64,000 bases of DNA. Source: Candidatus Hadarchaeota archaeon. Its GTDB lineage: Archaea; CAYQAE01; CAYVLA01. This document shows positions 20,398 through 29,033 of the stretch, in pieces. Location of the stretch: contig CAZUNO010000003.1 in the NCBI GenBank assembly GCA_964621445.1, positions 128,001 to 192,000 of the forward strand, written 5' to 3'. The notes beneath the pieces are model-generated. The model made no database searches, was not told the DNA's origin, and worked only from the letters and a program-made list of their open reading frames with translations. The position numbers and the translations under genes were made by a program. Each line of letters opens with the position of its first letter. Positions within the stretch are counted from its first letter, which is position 1.

Positions 20398-21111
20398 TTG
20401 AGAATCATTCCCGTTCTGGATATTCTTGATGGAAAAGTTGTAAGGGGTGTTGCTGGTAATCGGAAGAGGTACAAGCCGGTCACCAGTTCCATAACCGATT
20501 CAGTTCATCCGGTGCAGGTTGCCCGGGATCTCCTTGACATTCACACCTTCCGGGAAATCTACATAGCCGACCTCGACGCTATCGAGGGCAGGCCCGACAA
20601 CAGGGAGCTTGTGAAAGAAGTATCTGAATTGGGCTGCCAGGTTTACCTCGACTCCGGAATTACGGGTCCGGGGGACATTGACCCGGATTACGAAATCAAC
20701 CACCTGGTAGCTGGAACCGAGACCCTGGATTCATTGGAGGTCTTGGCAGAGATCTGTCAGATGCACCCGTCTGTAGTTTCCAGCTTGGATTACAAGGGAG
20801 ATGACCTGCTTTGCCGAGAGGAAAGCCTGAAACATATGAAACCCCGAGAGCTCGTCGCCAGCGTATGCGCTGCAGGCGTTTCGGAGATCATCTACCTGGA
20901 CCTGGCTCGGGTTGGAACCGGTTCCGGTGTAGTATGCGAGAGAGTTGAGATGGTCATAGAAGCGTCCGAGGTACCGGTGATCGTGGGAGGCGGGATTAGG
21001 AATGCATCCGATATTCGATCCCTTGATGAGGCTGGGGCGGATGGTGTTTTGGTTGCGAGCTGCGTTCACTCAGGTGAGTTGGATGAAGGGGACCTAGAGG
21101 GTTTGACCTGA
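20398..21111 (+). CDS. HisA/HisF-related TIM-barrel protein (TIGR00734-type, linked to H4MPT clusters)
   Basis: IIPVLDILDGKVVRGVAGNR..Y, IYIADLDAI, LDLARVGTGSG and VGGGIRN. Confidence 0.88.
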   Translation: MRIIPVLDILDGKVVRGVAGNRKRYKPVTSSITDSVHPVQVARDLLDIHTFREIYIADLDAIEGRPDNRELVKEVSELGCQVYLDSGITGPGDIDPDYEINHLVAGTETLDSLEVLAEICQMHPSVVSSLDYKGDDLLCREESLKHMKPRELVASVCAAGVSEIIYLDLARVGTGSGVVCERVEMVIEASEVPVIVGGGIRNASDIRSLDEAGADGVLVASCVHSGELDEGDLEGLT

Positions 21112-22088
21112 TGATATCTAAGGCTCTTTATGAACTCATTAGGGGCCTCTCTGCTGGACCCTACCAGGATTCTGTGGTATGAGCGGTTTCCGGAGACCCT
21201 TTCCAATATACCTTTACATTGAACCATTTCGCCACTGCGTGCCTGCCCAACGTAGGTATGGGTATAGGACACGATTTCCGATATCTCAAATCCCGAATAT
21301 TCACATTTCTCAACCTTGTATATCGCCGGGTAATCATAGGCCCTATTAGCATCTCTCACCATGCATTCAGCTCGGGCCTGTTCAATCCTCTGGTATCTTA
21401 AGTCTCCGAAGGATCCGGAGATCTCATGGGGCTTCCGGCAGGAGAGCAGGTCAAACCTTACATCGCCCAGCTTAGCCCGATTGAATTTTCTGGTCTCGTG
21501 CCAGACGAATTCCGCGAAGGAATAATCCCCATTTGCTTCAATACCTCTTTTGGAATAGATATCCTTCCAATCGGTTCTGCCCAGTGCTGCGATTCTGTCC
21601 TCGGTAATGGCTCTCTTTACCGAGTTAACTGTCTTGGAAAGGTTATCTAGCCCGTACACGACCAGGTCAACATCCGAGCTGGTATTCTGGGCGCCGATAA
21701 GGTAGGACCCGGTAATTCCCATGTCATCCAGCGACAGATTAGATTCGGAAATGATTATTGATACGATATCCGATACTATAGGAGCCGTCCCCCGTTCAAG
21801 CAAGTCCTTTAAGGCAGGACCGGGCATGTAATGCCTCTTGATCGAGGATCTTGGAACGATCGTAAGTTTTCGGTCAAATTCCGGCCGAAAATGGACGTAG
21901 TTAGGGGCATGTTTTTGTAGATACAGGCGTGATTCCTCGCTCGATTCAAACTTATGAATATCCCCACACTCTCTTCTGTAACGAAGCTGGGATACAACGC
22001 CGGAAATTGGATGGTTGAATAGGAGAACGGAGAAAATCAGACCATCCTTGGTTTCAATGAAGTCCCTTACCCGGTACATGCGATTCAC
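21066..22088 (-). CDS. Archaeal predicted nucleotidyltransferase (COG1665-like)
   Basis: RDFIETKDGLIF, GITGSYLIG....SDVDLVVYG and HTYVGQA. Confidence 0.8.
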   Translation of the reverse strand: MNRMYRVRDFIETKDGLIFSVLLFNHPISGVVSQLRYRRECGDIHKFESSEESRLYLQKHAPNYVHFRPEFDRKLTIVPRSSIKRHYMPGPALKDLLERGTAPIVSDIVSIIISESNLSLDDMGITGSYLIGAQNTSSDVDLVVYGLDNLSKTVNSVKRAITEDRIAALGRTDWKDIYSKRGIEANGDYSFAEFVWHETRKFNRAKLGDVRFDLLSCRKPHEISGSFGDLRYQRIEQARAECMVRDANRAYDYPAIYKVEKCEYSGFEISEIVSYTHTYVGQARSGEMVQCKGILERVSGNRSYHRILVGSSREAPNEFIKSLRYHQVKPSRSPSSNSPE

Positions 22089-22142
22089 AAATATATCGCC
22101 GATGAGTAATATCTTTAGTTGGCCTAGTATTAGGATCAGACA

Positions 22143-22823
22143 GTGATTGCTGGAATTGTGCCCTGCAAGGGACTGAAAAATGGGAAAACTAGGCTTGATC
22201 TTCCACCTGAACTTGGGAGAGAAAAGAGGGAGCTAATAATATCAATGTTTGATCGGGTTCTAAAAGCGATGGTGGAAAGCAGGCTGGAGACGGTCTATGT
22301 AGTGAGCCCTGACGAAGGCATCCTTGAGCATGGTTCCGCTTTGGGAGCGCGGACAATTCTTGAATACAATCCCTCGGGGGCCAATTCCGCTGTTGAGCTG
22401 GCTAATAAAAAAGCGATTAAAGACGGCTTTGAGGCAACGCTCGTTGCTTTTTCGGACATTCCTCTTATCTCGAAGCGGGACCTAAACGGAATACTGGACT
22501 TGATTATTGAGTCTAACAGATGCGTGGCCGCGCTCCGTTCAAGGAGGGGGGGAACGAACCTTCTATTGCGGAAACCTCCTTCGGCAATACCATCTCGATA
22601 CGGGAAAAACAGTTTTATCAAGCATCGCGATGAGACAATGCAGAATAGAATTCCCTTCTTTGAGTATGTGAGCAACCCGGCGTCCCTCGATGTAGATACG
22701 ATATCCGATTTGAGGCTCTTGTTTCGGGGTGAGAGGTCGGCAGGGAATGAGTTGGAAAAAGAAGAACAATTTCGAATCTCACAAAGGATCACGGAGGCAT
22801 TAGATTGGCGAAGTCGAGAATAG
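22143..22823 (+). CDS. cofC: 2-phospho-L-lactate guanylyltransferase (F420 biosynthesis)
   Basis: IVPCK...GKTRL, SDIPL, GGTNLL, YGKNSF..H and LDVDT.SDL. Confidence 0.9.
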   Translation: MIAGIVPCKGLKNGKTRLDLPPELGREKRELIISMFDRVLKAMVESRLETVYVVSPDEGILEHGSALGARTILEYNPSGANSAVELANKKAIKDGFEATLVAFSDIPLISKRDLNGILDLIIESNRCVAALRSRRGGTNLLLRKPPSAIPSRYGKNSFIKHRDETMQNRIPFFEYVSNPASLDVDTISDLRLLFRGERSAGNELEKEEQFRISQRITEALDWRSRE

Positions 22824-23005
22824 TTGTCGTGGAAGGTCTTAGTTATCTGGTTCCAAGAAAGAAGTACAAGGTGGCAAGGAAGGAATGTCCTCCAGCAGTC
22901 GATACCTGGGATTATATTATGGATCACATAGAGGATTATGGTAGACTGTTGGATGAGGAAGAGGAACTAGAGGAAGAAGAGGAAGAAGAGGAAGAAGAGG
23001 AATAA
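22805..23005 (+). CDS. Small protein with poly-Glu acidic tail
   Basis: TTG start after GGAGG; ends in a nearly pure Glu run. Confidence 0.6.
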   Translation: MAKSRIVVVEGLSYLVPRKKYKVARKECPPAVDTWDYIMDHIEDYGRLLDEEEELEEEEEEEEEEE

Positions 23006-23010
23006 CCTAT

Positions 23011-23484
23011 TCAATGAAAAATTTTCACAAAGGCCATCAGGGAAAATGTCAGTACTAGCAATAGTGATAAAACGAGGCTCATCTCTCCCATGCCCAGTAG
23101 GGGGGTTAGGCATATTCCAGCAACCATGAGAGGCACGAGGCTAAAAGCCAATTTACTCGCACTGTATCTCCCCAGCCATTGCGAGACGTGTTTGAATTCG
23201 TGTTGGATAACATATGGATCATCGACGGAGAGGATTCCCCAACCGACGAAAGAGTAGCCTGAGATCTCGATCGATTTCTGGCCAAGGAAATCCCTGTTTT
23301 TCTTTCTCTCGAGTTTATTTATCTCAATATCCCTGCTGCAAATGTAATTTCCCTGGCCTGTTCTGGGTTTCATTATCAGGGCAGTTGGTTTCCCATATAT
23401 AATCGATAGAAGGCAAGCAAGGCAGAGAAAGGGGAAATATACGGCATGGGCAATTGCCCAGGAAACGGTCCTGGGAAAGGTCAT
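23011..23484 (-). CDS. Membrane protein with HExxH motif
   Basis: Hydrophobic segments and QHEFKH. Confidence 0.5.
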   Translation of the reverse strand: MTFPRTVSWAIAHAVYFPFLCLACLLSIIYGKPTALIMKPRTGQGNYICSRDIEINKLERKKNRDFLGQKSIEISGYSFVGWGILSVDDPYVIQHEFKHVSQWLGRYSASKLAFSLVPLMVAGICLTPLLGMGEMSLVLSLLLVLTFSLMAFVKIFH

Positions 23485-23565
23485 AAGAAGCGGTTGGAAT
23501 GGAAGGTGTACTAATTTGGGAGTAAATTCAAGATTTTGCTTTGCCGCGGAGTTGGTTTTGCTCAG

Positions 23566-23895
23566 TTACTTCTCTTCCTCCAGCGGTGCACCTGCATAGC
23601 TTGCTGCGGACAGCCTTTCTCCCTTTCGAATGCCGAAAAGCTTCATCGTCCGTTCATCGATGCCAATGGAGTTGGCGGGGAGGTAATCATCCTCAACGGC
23701 CTTGACCAATAGGGTTCCTCTCTTACCGATAATCTCTATGGTACCGCCGGGCATGATCTGTAGCCTCTCCAGGTCCTCTCCTCTCATCTTCACCGTGTTG
23801 ATCCAATCCACCGGCTGGGCTTCGATGTTGATTACGCCTTTCTTTTCCTCCTCCTCAGACATTTCCATCTCCCGGTAAATGTGGGCGCTTCTCAT
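23566..23895 (-). CDS. Stand-alone CDC48/VAT N-terminal-like double-psi beta-barrel protein
   Basis: Twofold repeat MRGEDLERLQIMPGGTIEI / IDERTMKLFGIRKGERL; real start may be the internal MSEEEE. Confidence 0.65.
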   Translation of the reverse strand: MRSAHIYREMEMSEEEEKKGVINIEAQPVDWINTVKMRGEDLERLQIMPGGTIEIIGKRGTLLVKAVEDDYLPANSIGIDERTMKLFGIRKGERLSAASYAGAPLEEEK

Positions 23896-23936
23896 ATATA
23901 GATATGAGGGATTCCCTCCCCGGGTGAAGGAAAACG

Positions 23937-25124
23937 TTACTGCAATGCGGACTCGATGGTGGAGAGTGCCAGCTCCATTTGCTCCTGGCCTATAATCAGC
24001 GGGGGTACCATTCGAATTACGTTACCGGCCGTTCTATTGATCAATATCTTCTCGGAAAGACAATGTTCGAATACTCTCTTGGCTACCCCTTCCGAGCACA
24101 TTTCCATGCCCAGCATGAGCCCAAGGCCCCTTACCTCCTTGATCTTTTCCGGGTAATTCCCCTTGATCTGCTTCATGCGGTTCAGACACCAATTGCCGAG
24201 CTTACTAGCCCTTGTCGGTAGATCCTCCTCCACAAGGACCTCCAACGCAGCTTTGGCGGCGGCACAGGCCAGGGGGTTTCCACCGAAGGTTGACGCGTGG
24301 TCTCCTGGTTTGAACTTTGCCATGACCTCGTCCCTGGCAGCCATGGCCCCGATGGGGAACCCTCCTCCCAGCCCCTTGGCCATTGAGACTATATCGGGAG
24401 TCACTCCAATGGTTTGGCAGGCAAGGAAGCTCCCCGTTCTGCCCATTCCCGTCTGAACCTCGTCGAATGCCAGGTAGAGTCCTTGATCATCACATAGCTC
24501 CCGGACCCTTGAGAGATAATCCCTTTTAACGGTTCTAACTCCTCCCTCACCCTGGATGGGCTCCAGTATCACCCCACCCACGTCCGTGCCCACCGCGGAT
24601 TCAAGGCTCTGGAAGTCTCCGTAGGGAACGAATTTTACGCCGGGAACCAAGGGGCGAAAGGGTTTTCGGTACTTTTCCTGCCCAGTTACGGAGAGAGCGC
24701 CAAAAGTTCTTCCGTGAAAGGATCTATCTGCAGCGATTATTCCACTCTTTCCCGAAGCCCTTCGAATGAGCTTCAGGGCCGATTCCACGGCCTCCGCTCC
24801 GCTGTTACAAAGGAAGACCTTGCCGATAGGGCCCGGCAAGATATCGACTAGCGTTCGGCAGAGACGGGCCTGGGGCTCGATATAGTAGAGGTTCGAACAA
24901 TGCATCAGCTTACCTGCTTGCTCCCTTATCGCCTCTACAACGCGAGGATGACAGTGCCCGACATTATTCACGGCGATGCCGGCGAGACAATCGAGATATT
25001 CATTTCCCTCGGAATCCCAGACCTTTACACCTTCGCCCTTGACTAGGCATATGTCAAGTCGGCCGTAAAGGCCTGCGTGATACTCCGAATCTAGGTGGAA
25101 GATCTCGGAGGTTAAGGAATTCAT
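23937..25124 (-). CDS. argD: Acetylornithine/LysW-type class III aminotransferase
   Basis: YLDCLAGIAVNNVGHCHP, NSGAEAVE, FHGRT, EPIQGEGG, DEVQTG, AKGLGGG and HASTFGGNP. Confidence 0.92.
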   Translation of the reverse strand: MNSLTSEIFHLDSEYHAGLYGRLDICLVKGEGVKVWDSEGNEYLDCLAGIAVNNVGHCHPRVVEAIREQAGKLMHCSNLYYIEPQARLCRTLVDILPGPIGKVFLCNSGAEAVESALKLIRRASGKSGIIAADRSFHGRTFGALSVTGQEKYRKPFRPLVPGVKFVPYGDFQSLESAVGTDVGGVILEPIQGEGGVRTVKRDYLSRVRELCDDQGLYLAFDEVQTGMGRTGSFLACQTIGVTPDIVSMAKGLGGGFPIGAMAARDEVMAKFKPGDHASTFGGNPLACAAAKAALEVLVEEDLPTRASKLGNWCLNRMKQIKGNYPEKIKEVRGLGLMLGMEMCSEGVAKRVFEHCLSEKILINRTAGNVIRMVPPLIIGQEQMELALSTIESALQ

Positions 25125-25155
25125 GGCTTGGAGTTGTAGCGAGTTCTCAAAAAGG

Positions 25156-25734
25156 TTACCGGGCTATCTTTATCAAAGAAATGGCCATGTCCTCATCGCA
25201 GTTCAGCTTCCGGATGAGCTGGAGGTCCTTTCCGCACGCACTGGAAAGATCCATTCCGGTTGATCGGGGGTAGGTAATTACGGCCTGCCCCCCGGGCTTC
25301 AGAACCCTTGCAACCTCCTTCAGTCCTAGGTCGGGACGAGGCAGGTTTTGGATAACCGTTGCCCCTATCACCACGTCGAAGTAACCCGACCGGAAGGGTA
25401 TTTTTTCACAGTCGCCAATTACCACCTCGCATTCCGGATGACGTTTCTTCAAAAGGGAGACCATGCCTGTCGAGAAGTCCAATCCGAGGTATGATAGAGT
25501 CTCAGTTTTCAGGGAATCTATAAGCAGTCCGGTCCCACAGCCCCAATCGAGAAGAACATCACCCGGGGATAGGGAGAGCATGCTCAGGATGATCGGGTAC
25601 TTGACCTTCTGTATTTCGGTATAACGTCTCTGGTAGTGGGATGGCGTGGCATCGTATCTTCGCCTTGTGTTGTTTTTGCGGGTATTTTTCCTGCGGTTCA
25701 TTTCCACCATTTTCTCTTCTGGGATGGAGAGCAA
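25156..25734 (-). CDS. Class I SAM-dependent methyltransferase
   Basis: LLDWGCGTG, GLDFS and RVLKPGG. Confidence 0.85.
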   Translation of the reverse strand: MLSIPEEKMVEMNRRKNTRKNNTRRRYDATPSHYQRRYTEIQKVKYPIILSMLSLSPGDVLLDWGCGTGLLIDSLKTETLSYLGLDFSTGMVSLLKKRHPECEVVIGDCEKIPFRSGYFDVVIGATVIQNLPRPDLGLKEVARVLKPGGQAVITYPRSTGMDLSSACGKDLQLIRKLNCDEDMAISLIKIAR

Positions 25735-25910
25735 ACCCGGGAATCAGGGCTAGCGTCTCTAGAAAAAGAAGCAATTAATTTCTTTCCTTATTTTTAGAAA
25801 ATTATCTCAGATATTCATTAATAATAGAAATACAAATGGCCTTTTCTTCCGTTTCTCGCGTTTTTGTAAACATTTATAAGGGAAATTGCGGGGTTTCGGC
25901 CTGATCGAGC

Positions 25911-27299
25911 TTGGACTCTCTAAACTTAGCCATACGTAACCTCAACCGGCGAAAATTGCGGACCGGTTTGATGATAGCCGTGATGGCTATTGTTTGTACT
26001 AACTTCATTCAACAGGTTAACTTCACCATTGGACTTCAGGTTACGGGAGATGTCGAGGAAGCACAGTCGGAGTGGGAAAAGAGATCCTCTCACCTGGCCT
26101 TCTTTGATGCGGAGATATATCCACAGGGCAAGCCCGATGACAAAATCCAGAAGGTGAACCCGCGGGACCTGGCGAAGATTCCAAATGGACTTTATGAAAA
26201 GGCTTTTCTGGCATCCGATGACGTGGATGGGAAGGTGGCGAGGGAAGTTGCGTTGAATTATGTCAAGGTGGAGATAACTCAGCCCGGCGAGTTCGAGACG
26301 GTACGAATTCCTTCGGGCGATCAATATATGGAGGTGCTGGGTGTTGGTTCGCCGTATATATCCATGTTCCTCAACAACACGCCCAGGCTGGAGCTCGCGG
26401 ATTGCCCCTACTGTAATGGTGACGGGTGCGAGAAGTGCGACTTCACAGGAAAGTGGGGAGAGTACCCGCCTCCCAGAGGAGGTGGCCTGGTAATCTCCCA
26501 GTACTACATGAACAGGGAGGACATGAATCTCACCCTGTTTTATGACAGCGAACGGGAGAAATGGGTGGGAACAAATGTAACCGCTTTCTACGATCTGGAG
26601 GGGGCAGGAGTTCAGGGGGAGTACGCCCTGTATAGCCCGGGTTATATGCCTCCTGCTGATGGTGTACAGCTTCAAATCATCGGGGTTCTTAGAACGTTCG
26701 ATCCATCTTTTGGTCTGGTGGCCCTTGACGATGCCTGGACCTTGAAGGGAATGGAGGATGATAGGTTCTCAAGCTTCCTGTACGTGAGGATTCCAAGCGT
26801 TCTTGATTTCGGTGAGGTAAATCAGAAGCTATCGCCTTTCTACCCGCAGTTCAATGTCTTCGTTCTTTATCCCCAGATCAAAAATGTGCAGGCGGTTATT
26901 AACATCCTGCAGTGGGAGTTGCCCACTGTGGCAGGGCTGGTGGCCCTGTTGATCTTCCTGAATATGATGCAGATGTCGGTGTATGAGAGGCTGAAGGAGG
27001 TAGGAACCATGAGGGCCCTGGGTGCGGAGACCACAACCGCCATAATGATCTTCGCCTTTGAAGGTATAGCAATTGGCGGGCTTGGAGGGCTAATTGGGTA
27101 CGCCGCGGCCTCGATAATAAGCCTGGCTACCAAGTTCGGAGGACTGAATCCGGACCTCAACCTGGTTGCCCAGATAGGTCCGGGCAAACTCATAATGGGT
27201 CTAGCTTTTGGCCTGATGATTGCGTTTATCGGGTCGGTATTGCCCGCCTTCTTCGCAATTGCCAAATCACCGGATGACTGCCTGAGAGGGGCTAGGTAA
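25911..27299 (+). CDS. MacB/FtsX-family ABC permease with inserted Cys motif
   Basis: LAIRNLNRRKLRT and SVYERLKEVGTMRALGA; 1+3 TM layout; CPYCNGDGCEKCDFTG in the large loop. Confidence 0.85.
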   Translation: MDSLNLAIRNLNRRKLRTGLMIAVMAIVCTNFIQQVNFTIGLQVTGDVEEAQSEWEKRSSHLAFFDAEIYPQGKPDDKIQKVNPRDLAKIPNGLYEKAFLASDDVDGKVAREVALNYVKVEITQPGEFETVRIPSGDQYMEVLGVGSPYISMFLNNTPRLELADCPYCNGDGCEKCDFTGKWGEYPPPRGGGLVISQYYMNREDMNLTLFYDSEREKWVGTNVTAFYDLEGAGVQGEYALYSPGYMPPADGVQLQIIGVLRTFDPSFGLVALDDAWTLKGMEDDRFSSFLYVRIPSVLDFGEVNQKLSPFYPQFNVFVLYPQIKNVQAVINILQWELPTVAGLVALLIFLNMMQMSVYERLKEVGTMRALGAETTTAIMIFAFEGIAIGGLGGLIGYAAASIISLATKFGGLNPDLNLVAQIGPGKLIMGLAFGLMIAFIGSVLPAFFAIAKSPDDCLRGAR

Positions 27300-27326
27300 A
27301 CGGTTTTTGGGCAGGGCTCCAGCAAT

Positions 27327-27698
27327 CTAGTGTAGCCTGGATTCCTCTTCGACCTTGCGTATGATACCGGGATCAATCCTGCCCTCTTCCAAAGGTCGGT
27401 CTTTTCTCAACAGAAAGGTGGTTACTTTAGCGTTTTCACCGGCTATGATTGCATTTACTACCTCTTTACGGTAATTTTCCCCATAGTAATCGTCGAGAGC
27501 CTGAAGGTATTTTGCTGAGGCCTCGATAACTAAACCCTCGGTTTTAGCCCTCTCCTTGTATTTGATATTGGGTAGACCGCTTGGTGACCGCTTTCTTTCG
27601 TAATCAATAAGGTATGATGGCCTGGATTTCGCATGTATCCTGGTTATCAGAAAAAGGATCTCGTTATCCGCCAGTCGACCATAGACGAAGACCTTCGT
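27327..27698 (-). CDS. Gamma-glutamylcyclotransferase (GGCT/AIG2-like) family protein, missed by the ORF track; probable ACG start
   Basis: Manual translation: (T/M)KVFVYGRLADNEIL...SYLIDY...LPNI...TEGLVI...LQALDDYYGENYRKEVV...SRLH*; no ATG/GTG/TTG near the 5' end; GGAGATGA 4 nt before ACG. Confidence 0.8.
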   Translation of the reverse strand, partial: TKVFVYGRLADNEILFLITRIHAKSRPSYLIDYERKRSPSGLPNIKYKERAKTEGLVIEASAKYLQALDDYYGENYRKEVVNAIIAGENAKVTTFLLRKDRPLEEGRIDPGIIRKVEEESRLH

Positions 27699-27713
27699 AG
27701 CCTCATCTCCTTC

Positions 27714-28208
27714 CTACTCTATCTCGGAATTCCATAGTTGGTCACCGACGTGATGAATATTCTCGGCAACCTTGCCCTTCTCCTCGGGGTCGATATCGAT
27801 GGAATCTACGAGCATCTCGGCGACACATATTGGCTTGTTATGCCTTTCCTCGGTCACCACGCACAACTCACCCTGGCTTAGCTCGTGATCCCATTGAACG
27901 ATGCCCGGTGCCATGACATCGGCACCGTTAATGAGATAGGGAACGGCTCCCGAGTCAACCGTCAGATAGCTGTTGTCGATATCGATGCGGAGGAATCCCT
28001 TAAGGGTTGGAAACATGCCACCTCTGGTGGTGAACACCACAGGTTCGCGGTCGGAAAGAATTAGCTCATGCTCGTCACCAGCGGCATGTTCCAGTGGTTG
28101 ACGGAGAATGGAGTCTATCGCTTCCGGGGAGAGAAAGTTTGATAATTCCTGTCTTACCTTTTCGATCTCCTTTGAGGAAATGGGGTGCCGCCTTCGAATT
28201 CTCATCAA
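27714..28208 (-). CDS. PUA-domain RNA-binding protein (MCT-1/Tma20-like)
   Basis: FPTL, VDSGAVPYLINGADVMAPGI and NIHHVGD. Confidence 0.92.
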   Translation of the reverse strand: MMRIRRRHPISSKEIEKVRQELSNFLSPEAIDSILRQPLEHAAGDEHELILSDREPVVFTTRGGMFPTLKGFLRIDIDNSYLTVDSGAVPYLINGADVMAPGIVQWDHELSQGELCVVTEERHNKPICVAEMLVDSIDIDPEEKGKVAENIHHVGDQLWNSEIE

Positions 28209-28264
28209 CCTAAACCTCCGCTCGAATAGATTTAAATATCGCTTGAGGGATCAAGCGCTGGGAC

Positions 28265-28498
28265 TTGACCATGGTTCAGAAACCAATGGATATACTTGAT
28301 TCATCACTGGACCAGGTAGTGCTCATAAAGCTTAGGGGTGGCAGAGAGTTCAGGGGCCTCCTCCGCGGCTATGATGTACACATGAATATAATCCTGGACG
28401 AGGCGCAGGAGCTAGACGGACCGGATGCCCTGAACTTCGAGACCGCCATAATTAGGGGCGATAATGTTGTATTCATATCGCCGACCGATAAGAGGTGA
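28265..28498 (+). CDS. Sm-like archaeal protein (SmAP/Lsm)
   Basis: Sm1 ([20 protein letters not shown]) and Sm2 (IIRGDNV) motifs; directly upstream of L37e. Confidence 0.95.
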   Translation: MTMVQKPMDILDSSLDQVVLIKLRGGREFRGLLRGYDVHMNIILDEAQELDGPDALNFETAIIRGDNVVFISPTDKR

Positions 28499-28503
28499 TC
28501 AGA

Positions 28504-28671
28504 GTGACAAAGGGAACGACATCTTTTGGCAAGAGGAACAAGGTTACTCACGTTATATGTCGCAGGTGCGGCAATCATTCCTATCACGTAAGGAAGAAGA
28601 GGTGCGCTGCCTGCGGTTTTGGGCAGAGTTCAAAGAGAAGGACCTATAACTGGCATAAGTGGTCAACGTAA
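28504..28671 (+). CDS. rpl37e: 50S ribosomal protein L37e (missed by the ORF track)
   Basis: GTG start after GAGGTGA; [40 protein letters not shown]. Confidence 0.97.
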   Translation: MTKGTTSFGKRNKVTHVICRRCGNHSYHVRKKRCAACGFGQSSKRRTYNWHKWST

Positions 28672-28737
28672 GGGATACGGATAACCGTCCTTGAATCCGA
28701 GAACATTTTAAAGCAAATCCAACTAGTGATCTGCGGT

Positions 28738-28861
28738 GGGCCGGTAGATCAGTCGGTAGATCGTCGTCTTGGCATGGCGTTTAACGCCCCAAGCTGGCGG
28801 AGGCCGCGGGACAGGGTCTGGGTTTCCAGGCCTTGCGCGAATTCAAATCCCGCCCGGTCCA
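28738..28861 (+). tRNA. tRNA-Ala(GGC) with two BHB introns (28775-28794 at 37/38; 28811-28841 at 53/54)
   Basis: Removing both introns gives a full cloverleaf GGGCCGG...TTGGCAT...GCGGG TTCAAAT CCCGC CCGGTCC A; BHB helices TTGG/CCAA and CGCG/CGCG with 3-nt bulges. Confidence 0.93.
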
Positions 28862-28996
28862 CTTTCGGGTTAACCCATTTAACCAATTAGGAATATAAAA
28901 TAGGCCTTTTTGGATTTTTTTATGGGGAATATTGCCAATTACGGGGAAATCCGTTTCGATTTACGTGCAAAATGTCTTATTATAGACCCGATGTCA

Positions 28997-29010
28997 CAAA
29001 AACTTTATAA
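28997..29010 (+). promoter_or_regulatory. BRE/TATA promoter (CAAAAACTTTATAA)
   Basis: Strong archaeal consensus about 24 nt upstream of the hairpin element at 29034. Confidence 0.65.
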
Positions 29011-29033
29011 GCAGGCCCGTCCTTTACAGGAAT

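Noticed and set aside
23937-25124. Aminotransferase as MfnC of methanofuran synthesis
   Set aside because: Motifs are class III ArgD/LysJ-type, whereas the described MfnC is a class I/II enzyme, and the gene lies outside the mfn operon
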